A stretch of DNA of 64,000 bases from Candidatus Latescibacterota bacterium (GCA_965207885.1 OZ242311.1:128001-192000); one strand, 5' to 3'. Positions 1 through 10,369 are shown, counted from the first letter of the stretch. A program made the numbers and translations. The notes: a model not told the origin generated them from the sequence alone.

Positions 1-1205
1 GCAACACAGGCAGACTATACAGGTGTACCTGAGCAGATTGTCTTTGAAAGTGGCGAGACGGTCAAAACATTTGCTCTGCTTGCAACGGACGATAATGTAG
101 ATGATGACGGTGAGACAATAACCCTCAGATTTGGCACATTGCCGGATGGGGTGAACAACGGTGGATCGACATCTGTGGCTCTTGTCGATAACGATGACCC
201 TGTTGTGACTGTTTCGTTTGACCAGTCGCATTACACGGCAACAGAGGGTGAGGATGCGGTGACAATCACAGTATCCCTGAGTGCAGACCCGAAGCGCCGT
301 GTAGAGATTCCACTATTGGTAACACCTGAAAATGGCGCAACACAGGCAGACTATACAGGTGTACCTGAGCAGATTGTCTTTGAAAGTGGCGAGACGGTCA
401 AAACATTTGCTCTGCTTGCAACGGACGATAATGTAGATGATGACGGTGAGACAATAACCCTCAGATTTGGCACATTGCCGGATGGGGTGAACAACGGTGG
501 ATCGACATCTGTGGCTCTTGTCGATAACGATGACCCTGTTGTGACTGTTTCGTTTGACCAGTCGCATTACACGGCAACAGAGGGTGAGGATGCGGTGACA
601 ATCACAGTATCCCTGAGTGCAGACCCGAAGCGCCGTGTAGAGATTCCACTATTGGTAACACCTGAAAATGGCGCAACACAGGCAGACTATACAGGTGTAC
701 CTGAGCAGATTGTCTTTGAAAGTGGCGAGACGGTCAAAACATTTGCTCTGCTTGCAACGGACGATAATGTAGATGATGACGGTGAGACAATAACCCTCAG
801 ATTTGGCACATTGCCGGATGGGGTGAACAACGGTGGATCGACATCTGTGGCTCTTGTCGATAACGATGACCCTGTTGTGACTGTTTCGTTTGACCAGTCG
901 CATTACACGGCAACAGAGGGTGAGGATGCGGTGACAATCACAGTATCCCTGAGTACAGACCCGAAGCGCCGTGTAGAGATTCCACTATTGGTAACACCTG
1001 AAAATGGCGCAACACAGGCAGACTATACAGGTGTACCTGAGCAGATTGTCTTTGAAAGTGGCGAGACGGTCAAAACATTTGCTCTGCTTGCAACGGACGA
1101 TAATGTAGATGATGACGGTGAGACAATAACCCTCAGATTTGGCACATTGCCGGATGGGGTGAACAACGGTGGATCGGCATCTGTGGCTCTTGTCGATAAT
1201 GATGA
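1..1205 (+). repeat. Near-perfect 336-bp (112-codon) tandem repeat, about 3.6 copies visible
   Basis: Base 1 matches 337, 673 and 1009. Differences seen only at 955, 1177 and 1200 before the repeat ends near 1205. Confidence 0.95.
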
Positions 1206-3375
1206 ACGCGGTGTGGCCGTGTCTGTAGCAGCGTTGGCGATTGCCGAAGAGAGCACTGGCACTTACACAGTGGTGCTACTTAGCGCGCCGACAGCACCTG
1301 TGACGCTACAAATATCTGGAATGGAAAATACAGATTTGTCAGTTGATATGTCACAGATCACATTCACAGCAGCAAACTGGAATATACCACAGGAAGTGGT
1401 GGTGCGTGCATACGCAGACGATGATGCGATCGTAGATGATGGTGTGACACTGCATCATGCGATAAGCGGTGGAGACTATGACGAAGTGGTCGTAGCCCCT
1501 GTTGCTGTGGCGATCATAGAGAAGGATGTCCCTGTGTTGCGTATTGAGGATCAACGCGTGAGAGAAGATGCAGGAGAGATGGTGTTTACCGCGACGCTCA
1601 ATATGCAAAGTAGCCAAGAAGTGCATGTGTCTTATGCAACTTCAAATCTTACGGCAGATGCGGGCAAAGATTATGAGGCGACGCAGGGCACTTTGAACTT
1701 TGCAGCCCTGCAAACTCATCAGACGTTCAGTGTGCCGATCATTGACGATGATCTGGACGAGGGGGATGAGACATTTACAGTAATTTTAAGCACACCGATG
1801 CATGTGACCATAAGCGAGGGCAAGGCGCGTGTATTTGGCACGATTGAAGAAGACGATACGCTACCTCGGGCAATGGGATTGTTTCTATCGAGTGTTGGGC
1901 GAATAGTGGCGACACAAACGGTAGATAACATCAGTCGGCGGTTTGAGGATCAGCGGTCAGGGATTCGGCCTTCGTTCACGCTGGGTGGACACCCCCTGAT
2001 ACAATATGATAGCACGGAAAAATGGCACGCTGTGGCGGCACTGATACACAATTTTGCAGCAGCACTGGGCGCAGATATATGGATACCATCTCTCACACAG
2101 GGTCAGGGGTCTGCGAAGGCCATAGAGACGATGCCCCTGCTCGGCGAGAGTGGTCAGTTTGATGATATGGAAACTTTATGGGATTCTCCGCTGCGTTTGC
2201 GGCGGGTCACACCGCGAGAAGTATTGTCGCGCAGTGACTTTGAACTGTCGCTAAATCGCTCGGATAACGGCAGCGGTTGGACCCTGTGGGGACAAGGTGC
2301 AGAGAACGAGATTTCAGGTCAGCTGAATACTGCCCGCAGGATAAAGACCAATAGCGTTAGCGGATATCTCGGCATTGATTATCGGTTCCGCGCAAATACG
2401 CTGGTCGGGCTGGCACTCACACACAGTGTGGGCAACTTCTACTACAATAAGGGTGCTAATCCCCCGCTCGTTCTATCCGATTATAGTCTGACGAGTCTGG
2501 TGCCTTATGCCCACTATCAGATGAATCCAAAACTTGGATTTTGGGGGCTGTTGGGCCTGGGGCGAGGCAACGTTGATGTAAAACACGATGAAGAAACCTT
2601 CAACACGCCGCTGACCTTGCTGATGAGCGCAGCCGGTACCCGTCATGATCTGGCTACCTATCGGCATATTGATCTGGCGATCAAAACCGACGCCTTCTTT
2701 GTGACTGTGGCATCTGGGGCACATGCGAGTTTGCCAGAGATGCGGGAGAATGTAGAACGCTTGCGCGTGCTGTTAGAAGGGCGCAAGAGGCATGAGGTTG
2801 GTTCATCGTCTCAGCTTATCCAGAGTGTGGAGTTTGGAGGTCGTTGGGATCAAGGGCGCGTGGTATCCGGCGCAGGCGTGGACATTGGTGGCAGCGTGAA
2901 GTATACACACACACGCGGCTTGAACCTGGAAGCACGCGGGCGATATTTGTTGGTGCATGAGCAGGCCCGCTATAAAGAATGGGGTGCGAGTCTGTCACTG
3001 CGGACCGATCCAGGCTGGGGCAAGCGCGGCCTGCTGTTGTCAGTAGCTCCTGTGTGGGGGGTGTCATCGCAAAGTGCCGGGGCCATGTGGAATAACACAT
3101 CGAATTTGGGTGGTGGAACTGCATACAGGTCATCACAGGCACCGGGGATCAGACCGGACCGCACAGAAGTAAATTTGGGATATCGTTTTGTGAGACGCAC
3201 CAGAGGCGTGCTCATTGAGCCTTATAGTGGTTTGTCGCTTGATCGTCAGGGCTGGCGAAGGTATCACATGGGCTGGCGAATAGAATTGGATGAGCGAGTA
3301 AATATGAATTTTGAAGGCGATCACAGCGCACAGGGACAAACTGCAATCCGACTTCGCGTCCACTTGATTTGGTAA
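1..3375 (+). CDS. Calx-beta repeat surface protein with C-terminal autotransporter-like beta-barrel (5' partial)
   Basis: Frame is open from base 1 (ATQADY...). Repeated Calx-beta-like units (VSFDQSHYTATEG...DDNVDDDGETITL), then a barrel-like C-terminus (WTLWGQG, YLGIDY, LGFWGLLGLGRG) ending in an aromatic W. Confidence 0.85.
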   Translation, partial: ATQADYTGVPEQIVFESGETVKTFALLATDDNVDDDGETITLRFGTLPDGVNNGGSTSVALVDNDDPVVTVSFDQSHYTATEGEDAVTITVSLSADPKRRVEIPLLVTPENGATQADYTGVPEQIVFESGETVKTFALLATDDNVDDDGETITLRFGTLPDGVNNGGSTSVALVDNDDPVVTVSFDQSHYTATEGEDAVTITVSLSADPKRRVEIPLLVTPENGATQADYTGVPEQIVFESGETVKTFALLATDDNVDDDGETITLRFGTLPDGVNNGGSTSVALVDNDDPVVTVSFDQSHYTATEGEDAVTITVSLSTDPKRRVEIPLLVTPENGATQADYTGVPEQIVFESGETVKTFALLATDDNVDDDGETITLRFGTLPDGVNNGGSASVALVDNDERGVAVSVAALAIAEESTGTYTVVLLSAPTAPVTLQISGMENTDLSVDMSQITFTAANWNIPQEVVVRAYADDDAIVDDGVTLHHAISGGDYDEVVVAPVAVAIIEKDVPVLRIEDQRVREDAGEMVFTATLNMQSSQEVHVSYATSNLTADAGKDYEATQGTLNFAALQTHQTFSVPIIDDDLDEGDETFTVILSTPMHVTISEGKARVFGTIEEDDTLPRAMGLFLSSVGRIVATQTVDNISRRFEDQRSGIRPSFTLGGHPLIQYDSTEKWHAVAALIHNFAAALGADIWIPSLTQGQGSAKAIETMPLLGESGQFDDMETLWDSPLRLRRVTPREVLSRSDFELSLNRSDNGSGWTLWGQGAENEISGQLNTARRIKTNSVSGYLGIDYRFRANTLVGLALTHSVGNFYYNKGANPPLVLSDYSLTSLVPYAHYQMNPKLGFWGLLGLGRGNVDVKHDEETFNTPLTLLMSAAGTRHDLATYRHIDLAIKTDAFFVTVASGAHASLPEMRENVERLRVLLEGRKRHEVGSSSQLIQSVEFGGRWDQGRVVSGAGVDIGGSVKYTHTRGLNLEARGRYLLVHEQARYKEWGASLSLRTDPGWGKRGLLLSVAPVWGVSSQSAGAMWNNTSNLGGGTAYRSSQAPGIRPDRTEVNLGYRFVRRTRGVLIEPYSGLSLDRQGWRRYHMGWRIELDERVNMNFEGDHSAQGQTAIRLRVHLIW

Positions 3376-3415
3376 GACATTGCTCAGAGGAGTACCTTAC
3401 CAGTTTCTCAGCACA

Positions 3416-4390
3416 CTACGCGCGGGACGCGCCCAGGGTTTCGAGAACTTGCTTGGGAATTTTGCAAACAAAAGTATAAGCGGGATCATACATATTGCCC
3501 ATATCGTATTCAACGGCCTCGCCCAACAACACATGCACGGTGCGCTCATCCAGCCCAAAATCCGACACAAGCCAGCGGATCATTTCAGTAGTCGCGTGCT
3601 CCACGCACTGATCGAGCGGACGAGCGTTACCCACTGTAAAAATATGCGTATCGTTTTCACCCCGCGGCCACTCAATGGTCTTGCCCTTGTGCAGATGAAC
3701 CGTAAAACGGACATCAAAAGAAATTTCAACACCCGTACCTACAATTTCACCATCGCCCTGAAGCGCGTGCCCATCGCCAATGTGAAAAAGCGCGCCCTCG
3801 ACAAAAACCGGCAAATAAACCGTCGTGCCCTCGTTGAAACGCTTGTAATCCATATTCCCACCGTGCGTGGATGACGTCGCAGTCGAAATCGCCTGCCCCC
3901 GCGGCGGCGCAACCCCAAAACATCCGGGATGCGGATTGAGCGGCAAAATCAGATCCCTCAATGGACGAGTAGCGGGACTGCCATAACCGGGCGTGGTATG
4001 GTCGCGATTGTGAGAAACCTCTACCGGGCGTGCCGTGCGATTTTCAAAATCGATCTCCCATAAAACCCGCGCAATATCATCCTCAAATTTGGGCACATAA
4101 CCCGGATCGAGCACATTGGGCGCAACGCACGCAGACGTATAGCCATGGGACCGATTGGGCATCAAATAATCAAACACAACCGAAATCGAATCCCCCGGCT
4201 CAGCACCCTCAATATAAAAAGGACCCGTCTGGGGATTACCGCCCTCCGTCACCTGCTCGCCCGTCATATCCCTCCCACCCGCACAAACCGTAGTCGTCGA
4301 AAGCGTATCGCCACTTTCAATGGTAAGAACCGGATCGTGGGATCCTATAGTCGTGTGATAATGCGTGGGGCTAAAATTGTGATGTGCCAT
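3416..4390 (-). CDS. Acetamidase/formamidase family protein
   Basis: Motifs NPQTGPFYIEGAEPGD, HGGNMD and GDGHALQGDGEIVGTGVE. Start chosen at the ATG after AGGAG. Confidence 0.9.
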   Translation of the reverse strand: MAHHNFSPTHYHTTIGSHDPVLTIESGDTLSTTTVCAGGRDMTGEQVTEGGNPQTGPFYIEGAEPGDSISVVFDYLMPNRSHGYTSACVAPNVLDPGYVPKFEDDIARVLWEIDFENRTARPVEVSHNRDHTTPGYGSPATRPLRDLILPLNPHPGCFGVAPPRGQAISTATSSTHGGNMDYKRFNEGTTVYLPVFVEGALFHIGDGHALQGDGEIVGTGVEISFDVRFTVHLHKGKTIEWPRGENDTHIFTVGNARPLDQCVEHATTEMIRWLVSDFGLDERTVHVLLGEAVEYDMGNMYDPAYTFVCKIPKQVLETLGASRA

Positions 4391-4406
4391 AAATGCTCCT
4401 GTGTTT

Positions 4407-5318
4407 TTACGCAATCATCCGTATCTTCTCCTGCGCCTCCCATACACTTTCCCATGACTTGCCGCGATCCTCACTCGTATAAAGCGTCTTACCAACAGCC
4501 GCCCATGCACACCCATCCTTTGAAAACGCGATATGGAACGTATCGATATTGTGCGGAACCGTACCTGGAAAACCCTCTGTAACGTGTTCCCATGTACCAC
4601 CTGCATCATCCGAGCGGTAAAGCTGCCCTGAAGCCTCTCCGTGTGGCCCCTTGCTCACCGTAGCCAGCACACAATCCGGATCATCGGGATGCACGGCAAT
4701 AGCGCGACCGTAATAATAGGGAAAACCCTCAGACCGATGGGACCACGACCTCCCGCGGTCATCGCTCACAAACACCGCACGCGCCGTATTCGCATACACG
4801 CGGTCGTCATCCCGGGGCGAAGTAGCCACCTGGTGAACATCATCGTGTAAATCCGGCGTCACGGGTTCCCAGGTCTCACCGCAATCTGCCGAACGCATAA
4901 TACTACCCACGTGAATATCGGCATAAACCCAGCCATCCGTTGTCCTGGCAAAACTGCGCACATCTGGCGGACCACCCCAGGGCGTGTACCACTTATCGCG
5001 CACCGAAAGCTGGTCAAAAGACTCAACCCGATGCGTCTTCCCATCATCATAACAATAAATACGAGATTCTCCCGTACCGATCAGCAAGCGCAGGGGCTCT
5101 TCATCAACAATAATCAAACACTCGATATCCTCTTCAATACCCGTGGCAACTGTCTGGGACTCCGTTTCGGTACATATAAACAAATCGCCACTCTTGAGCG
5201 CAACAACGCGATAAACCTCGCCTTTGGCAAGTGCGGCAACATCGCCTTCCAAAATCTGCACAGGAGCGTCCTGCTCCTCAAAACCCGCATGTACTGTTCG
5301 CGACGTAGCAATCAACAT
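4407..5318 (-). CDS. BNR/Asp-box repeat beta-propeller protein (glycosyl hydrolase/Ycf48-like)
   Basis: Four SxDxGxTW-type Asp boxes (SADCGETW, SDDRGRSW, SDDAGGTW, SEDRGKSW); GGAGG RBS. Confidence 0.75.
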   Translation of the reverse strand: MLIATSRTVHAGFEEQDAPVQILEGDVAALAKGEVYRVVALKSGDLFICTETESQTVATGIEEDIECLIIVDEEPLRLLIGTGESRIYCYDDGKTHRVESFDQLSVRDKWYTPWGGPPDVRSFARTTDGWVYADIHVGSIMRSADCGETWEPVTPDLHDDVHQVATSPRDDDRVYANTARAVFVSDDRGRSWSHRSEGFPYYYGRAIAVHPDDPDCVLATVSKGPHGEASGQLYRSDDAGGTWEHVTEGFPGTVPHNIDTFHIAFSKDGCAWAAVGKTLYTSEDRGKSWESVWEAQEKIRMIA

Positions 5319-5463
5319 AACGCACCTCCATGTTTAAGTTTAAAAGCAATTTAACGGATCACCCCACCCCTGTAAACCCCAAAATCCATAGCCTGACAAT
5401 TCTAAAAACTTGACAAACACAGAAATGTCGGATTATTTGTATTCTACATAAAGGAGATCTATA

Positions 5464-6312
5464 ATGAATAATTGGAAACCCACCGACGAACAAAAACACC
5501 AATGGGAAGAAAAGGGATTCTTTATCGAGCGCAACGTCGTACCAGAAGACACTGCTTTTGACATGCGCGGCGTCATAAAAAACGAACTGCTCAAACCCGA
5601 GCCAAGTGGCAACCCCAATGCAGATCCCATGGACCCCATGGGCGACACCCCCGAAGCGCGCGCCTTGAGATTTCGAAAATTGGGCAACTTCTGCGTCGAA
5701 TCCCCCCTCATCTGGCATACATTTCACACCGGACGAGAAATGCTCGCCATGGCGCGATATTTTTTGGACAACGACATCATCGTCAAATTCAACAGCGTAT
5801 TTGTAAAACCCGCCAAAACGGGCAGTGCAACACCCTGGCACCAGGACAACGGCCTCTGGCGCGACGGAGAAACCGAACCCTTTAATGCCTGGATGGCACT
5901 CGACCCGGCAACCCGCGAAAATGGGTGTATGCAATTTGTCCCGGGCAGTCACAAAGGTGAGATAGTACAACACGTCATGTACGAAGACAGCATTCACGGT
6001 GAACTGCCCCGCGACCTCGTAAAAACGCGCATAGAACAATGCGGCACAGAACACATCGAACTCAACCCGGGCGATGTGGTCTGCTGGCACAGCAGCCTGT
6101 GGCATTACAGCCCGCCAAACCCCAGTCCAAACAGCCGCATAGCCATTGCGGGCGTGTGGACAAACCCGAAAATCAACGCCGGGCGCATGCGTCCGCTACA
6201 CCGCTGGGGCATGAAAAGCGGCCAAATCTGCACCGCATTTCCCCCCGAATTCGTCCAGAACGAAAACGGTAAATTCCACCAGCCAGGAGACTTTCCCAAA
6301 GCCTCACAATAA
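5464..6312 (+). CDS. Phytanoyl-CoA dioxygenase (PhyH) family Fe/2OG oxygenase
   Basis: PWHQD HxD motif, ENGCMQFVPGSH, distal H in LWHYSPPNPSPNSR; AAGGAG RBS. Confidence 0.9.
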   Translation: MNNWKPTDEQKHQWEEKGFFIERNVVPEDTAFDMRGVIKNELLKPEPSGNPNADPMDPMGDTPEARALRFRKLGNFCVESPLIWHTFHTGREMLAMARYFLDNDIIVKFNSVFVKPAKTGSATPWHQDNGLWRDGETEPFNAWMALDPATRENGCMQFVPGSHKGEIVQHVMYEDSIHGELPRDLVKTRIEQCGTEHIELNPGDVVCWHSSLWHYSPPNPSPNSRIAIAGVWTNPKINAGRMRPLHRWGMKSGQICTAFPPEFVQNENGKFHQPGDFPKASQ

Positions 6313-6316
6313 AACA

Positions 6317-8533
6317 ATGAACAAACAGGGAACCATAGAACGTTCCATAGGTCTGGCAGGTGCTACGGGCGTGGGCATTGGCGCCATCGTCGGAGGCGGC
6401 ATACTCGCACTTGCAGGCGTGGCCTATGCGACCACCGGACCGGCGACACTACTCGTCTTTGCAGCCAATGGTGTAATTGCCGTACTCACAGCATTGAGCT
6501 TTGCCGAGATGTCAACCGCATTCCCTCAGTCCGGCGGCACCTATACATTTGCCAAAAACGTATTATCCGTACGCGCGGCTTTCGCTTTTGGATGGGTGGG
6601 CTGGTTTGCATCCATCGTCGCTGGCGTACTCTACGCAATGGGGTTTGCATCCTATGCTGCCATAGCACTGCAAGAATGTGTGCGGCTTCTCTTTGGCGTC
6701 GCACCAGAATGGCTTCTTGGACAGGCGATGGTCGCAACACTGGCCATAGGCGCAACCGCCTATTATACCTTTGGCCTCATTCGCACGAGCGGAGGCGGAG
6801 ACAACTGGATCAACTTTGCAAAAATGATCGTCTTTGCGGTGCTTATCGGCGGCGGTCTATGGGCGCTCACGGGCCGCAGCCTGGGGGCCATACACGCCAG
6901 CTTGACGCCATTTCTCACCCATGGAACAACGGGATTTTTTCAAGCCATGGGATACACCTTTATCGCCCTCCAGGGTTTTGATCTCATCGCCGCCGTTGCC
7001 GGCGAAGTACGCACCCCCGAACGCACATTGCCGCGGGCCATGCTCTTGTCTCTCGCAGCGGCTCTGGGCGTCTATCTGCCCCTGCTCTTTGTTATCGCGA
7101 CTGTGGGTGTCCCACCTGGACAGACCATAGGTGGCCTGAGTGCCAACCATCCCGAAGTGGTAGTGGCTCTCGCGGCGCGACATTTCCTGGGTGAAACGGG
7201 TTTCTGGCTCGTACTGGTCGCCGCCATCTTGTCCATGCTATCGGCACTACAGGCCAATCTGCTGGCCGCCTCTCGCGTGGCCCTCACCATGGCGCAAGAC
7301 CGCACCCTTCCCGCACCCATTGGCGAAGTACATATTCGCCATAAAACGCCCATAACCGCAATCTGTGTCAGTGCCCTGACAATGGCAACCCTGCTGATGG
7401 TCGTACCAGATGTAGCGGCTGCTGGCGCTGCGGCCAGTTTGATTTTTCTCATCTCTTTTGCCATGACGCACTGGACCAGCATCCTGGCCCGAACGCGACG
7501 GCGAACACCCGCACCATTCCACACGCCATTATTTCCGCTCATTCCCGTTACAGGCGGTCTGTGCTGCGCTGGATTGGCACTCTTTCAGGCCATATCCGTG
7601 CCAACCGCCGGTTTGATCTCGGCGGTATGGCTGGGACTGGGCGGATTATTGTACTGGGCATTATTGGCGCGCCGCGCACGCGTTGTCGATGCCTCTGCCG
7701 AAGCCCTCGACCCACAACTGCTCCAAATGCGCGGTCGCAGCCCTCTGGTCCTCGTACCCGTGGCCAATCCTCAAAATGCCTCTGCCATGGTCGCAGTTGC
7801 CCACGCGCTCGCACCGCCAGGCGTAGGGCGCGTATTGTTATTATCAGTAGTGGCTACCCCAGAAGAGGGATGGCGCGAGGAAAAACCACCTCATACCTTG
7901 CGCGACACACAGACAGTACTCAGAGAAGCCGTAACAGCCTCGTTTGCCGCTGGAATGGCACCCGAAGCACTGATGACCATCGCACCACAACCCTGGCCCG
8001 AAATTGTGCGGGTCTCCCGCGTACACCGCTGTGAGAGCTTATTATTGGGTTTGAGCGACGTCAACAGTGTCCACCTGGAAGAACTCATCAGTTCTGTATC
8101 ATGTGATGTCGTGGTATTGCACGCGCTACCGGGTTGGCACTTAAAGAACGTGCATCGCGTACTGGTGCCCACGCGTGGACTTGGTGCCCACGACAAATTT
8201 CGCGCCCGCTTACTGGGCAGTCTGTGTCGCACGGGCAACCGCGAAGTCACATTTTTGCAGGTATTGCCCGAACACATCAGTGATTTTCAGTGTGACCGCG
8301 CACAGCGCAGACTGACGCAATATGCAAATGAAGAAGTCCCCACCAGAGCCGATGCCCTGGTGGTGCGCCACAACAAACCCCTCGAAGCAATTACAGATCT
8401 GGCAAATAACTACGACCTAACGATTTTGGGGCTGGAGCGCATTGACAAAAACCGCAGACAATTTGGTCAACTCGCACCGGTTCTCGCACAAAATATCACC
8501 TGTGCCACCATCATGATCAGCAGACGAGGGTGA
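6317..8533 (+). CDS. APC-family amino acid permease with C-terminal universal-stress-protein-like domains
   Basis: GAIVGGGI, SFAEMSTAFPQSGGTY and AGEVRTPERTLPRA motifs, about 12 TM segments, then VLVPVANP and VLVPTRG USP-like starts. Confidence 0.85.
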   Translation: MNKQGTIERSIGLAGATGVGIGAIVGGGILALAGVAYATTGPATLLVFAANGVIAVLTALSFAEMSTAFPQSGGTYTFAKNVLSVRAAFAFGWVGWFASIVAGVLYAMGFASYAAIALQECVRLLFGVAPEWLLGQAMVATLAIGATAYYTFGLIRTSGGGDNWINFAKMIVFAVLIGGGLWALTGRSLGAIHASLTPFLTHGTTGFFQAMGYTFIALQGFDLIAAVAGEVRTPERTLPRAMLLSLAAALGVYLPLLFVIATVGVPPGQTIGGLSANHPEVVVALAARHFLGETGFWLVLVAAILSMLSALQANLLAASRVALTMAQDRTLPAPIGEVHIRHKTPITAICVSALTMATLLMVVPDVAAAGAAASLIFLISFAMTHWTSILARTRRRTPAPFHTPLFPLIPVTGGLCCAGLALFQAISVPTAGLISAVWLGLGGLLYWALLARRARVVDASAEALDPQLLQMRGRSPLVLVPVANPQNASAMVAVAHALAPPGVGRVLLLSVVATPEEGWREEKPPHTLRDTQTVLREAVTASFAAGMAPEALMTIAPQPWPEIVRVSRVHRCESLLLGLSDVNSVHLEELISSVSCDVVVLHALPGWHLKNVHRVLVPTRGLGAHDKFRARLLGSLCRTGNREVTFLQVLPEHISDFQCDRAQRRLTQYANEEVPTRADALVVRHNKPLEAITDLANNYDLTILGLERIDKNRRQFGQLAPVLAQNITCATIMISRRG

Positions 8534-8572
8534 TCCGCAGATGAACGCAGATAAACTTCGCCCCCATCCATC

Positions 8573-8598
8573 GTAGGGGCAACCCTCGTGGTTGCCCT
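8573..8598 (+). repeat. GTAG-type REP-like palindrome
   Basis: GTAG followed by the GGGCAACC-ctcgt-GGTTGCCC hairpin, in an intergenic position. Confidence 0.65.
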
Positions 8599-8615
8599 GT
8601 GAAAAGGAGAACACC

Positions 8616-9446
8616 ATGGACGCGAAAAAATGGTTGCAACACTGCGCCACAGAAGCGCAACTCAGGCAATTTAATGACGAGGGATATTTGATCGTCGAAG
8701 ACGCCCTATCACCCGACCTGCTCGCGCGATTGAATGACGCCGTCGATCGGGTAGAAGCGCGGGAACGCGAGGCAAAAGGACTGAAACCAGATGCATTATT
8801 GAAAAAATTCCGAACTGTTGTGGAAGACGATGTCTTTCTGGAATTACTCGATAATCCCAAAACATTCCCGCTATTATGGGATATTTTGGGATGGAATATC
8901 CAGCTCTATATCTCCCATCTGATCGTATATCCCCCCGAGGAAAAGAAACGCGAGATACACCAGGGCGGCTGGCATCAAGACGGCGGGCGCCCTGTACCCG
9001 AGATGGAACGCCCCCACCCGCGTCTATCCCTGAAAATCAGCTACTGGTTAAGCGATGTGGACACGCCGGAACACGGCGCAATGCAAATTGTGCCGCGCAG
9101 TCACAAACTGGACACAAAACCCGAAGAATACGATGTGATGCCCGTATGTGTCAAAGCGGGAACAGCCGTCCTCTTTGACCGCAGAATGTGGCACCGGCGG
9201 GGGATTAACACATCCGACGTCACGCGCCGCGTGCTATTCTTTGGCTACAGCTATCGCTGGCTGCGGGGGCTGGATTACAACCTCATGCCCGAAAACATAC
9301 TCAGCAAATGCGACCCCATCCGCCGCCAGCTACTCGGCGATGGCATAGACGTCAAAGGATGGTGGCAACCCACAGAAGCCGACGTCCCCCTCAAAAGTTG
9401 GCTGCGCGAACACCGGGGCGAAGAATATCTCGAAGCACTGGGATAG
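8616..9446 (+). CDS. Phytanoyl-CoA dioxygenase (PhyH) family protein
   Basis: GWHQDG, GAMQIVPRSH and FDRRMWHRRGIN motifs; AAGGAG before ATG 8616. Confidence 0.9.
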   Translation: MDAKKWLQHCATEAQLRQFNDEGYLIVEDALSPDLLARLNDAVDRVEAREREAKGLKPDALLKKFRTVVEDDVFLELLDNPKTFPLLWDILGWNIQLYISHLIVYPPEEKKREIHQGGWHQDGGRPVPEMERPHPRLSLKISYWLSDVDTPEHGAMQIVPRSHKLDTKPEEYDVMPVCVKAGTAVLFDRRMWHRRGINTSDVTRRVLFFGYSYRWLRGLDYNLMPENILSKCDPIRRQLLGDGIDVKGWWQPTEADVPLKSWLREHRGEEYLEALG

Positions 9447-9465
9447 CGATTGACCAGAAAAACAG

Positions 9466-9504
9466 AAAGAGCCATAACAGATAAATGTTATGGCTCTTTG
9501 TTTT
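9466..9504. terminator. Bidirectional intrinsic terminator
   Basis: AAAGAGCCATAACA-gataaa-TGTTATGGCTCTTT, a perfect 14-bp stem between convergent genes. Confidence 0.85.
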
Positions 9505-9534
9505 ATACTCAGAGGGAAAAATCCCATCAGATTC

Positions 9535-10359
9535 TCATCCTCCTTCACCAAAAGACCACAGCTTGAGAATCGTCTTACACAAAATCCATTCGAGATCGTC
9601 ATCATTAAAGAACATGTGGTCGCGTATCAAATCCAGAGACCCTCTGTACCCACAACTCCTGAACACATGGGGAAAATCCGTACCCCACATCAAACGCTCG
9701 GGACCGTACACATCGTAAATGCGCTTGATCATATCGTGCGTATCGCGATGCGGATAGGGCATATTGGATCGCTGTCCCACATTTGAAATCTTAACATGAA
9801 CATTGGGATATTGTCCCCAATTGAGCAAATTGGTCAGCAGTGGTTTGGGATCCGGCTCACCCACGGGAATACCGGCAATGTGATCAACCACAACATTGAC
9901 CTCGGGAAAACGGGCAATAATGGGTTCAACAGGCGCGTGATCCTCAGCCCCACCAAACAGATTGAAACACAGGCCCAGATCCCGGGCACGCGCCCACAGC
10001 GGATCCTTGTCAGATGCAGCCAAACCTGCAGGATCTCCATAACGCGACAAATGAATGCGCATCCCGCCAAAACCCTCTTCCCTGTGCAAACGCTCCAGCT
10101 CATCTGCAGCATCGGGCGACGTGGGATCCACAAGCGCCTGCGCCGCCAGCTTATCCGGATACTGCTTGAGACAATCGGCAACATACCGATTATCAAAAAG
10201 ATAGTGAATCGGCTGAACAATAACCGCTTTATCCACCCCTGCGTCCGCCATCGTCTCAAACAAAAGCTCGACCGAACCCGCCTCATGCGGTCGGCTGGGA
10301 CCGTAGGGATAAGTTTCTTCGTCATCGCTCCACACGTGGAGATGGGGATCAATAATCAT
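9535..10359 (-). CDS. Amidohydrolase (amidohydro_2 / lactonase-like)
   Basis: IIDPHLHVW, VVVDHIAG and RLMWGTDFP motifs; GGAGG RBS before ATG 10359. Confidence 0.85.
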   Translation of the reverse strand: MIIDPHLHVWSDDEETYPYGPSRPHEAGSVELLFETMADAGVDKAVIVQPIHYLFDNRYVADCLKQYPDKLAAQALVDPTSPDAADELERLHREEGFGGMRIHLSRYGDPAGLAASDKDPLWARARDLGLCFNLFGGAEDHAPVEPIIARFPEVNVVVDHIAGIPVGEPDPKPLLTNLLNWGQYPNVHVKISNVGQRSNMPYPHRDTHDMIKRIYDVYGPERLMWGTDFPHVFRSCGYRGSLDLIRDHMFFNDDDLEWILCKTILKLWSFGEGG

Positions 10360-10369
10360 AATAAACCTC

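Noticed and set aside
1-1205. Regular repeats as a CRISPR array
   Set aside because: The 336-bp in-frame coding units have no unique spacers and there are no cas genes.
5410-5440. TTGACA sigma-70 promoter before phyH
   Set aside because: No convincing -10 box at 16-18 bp spacing.
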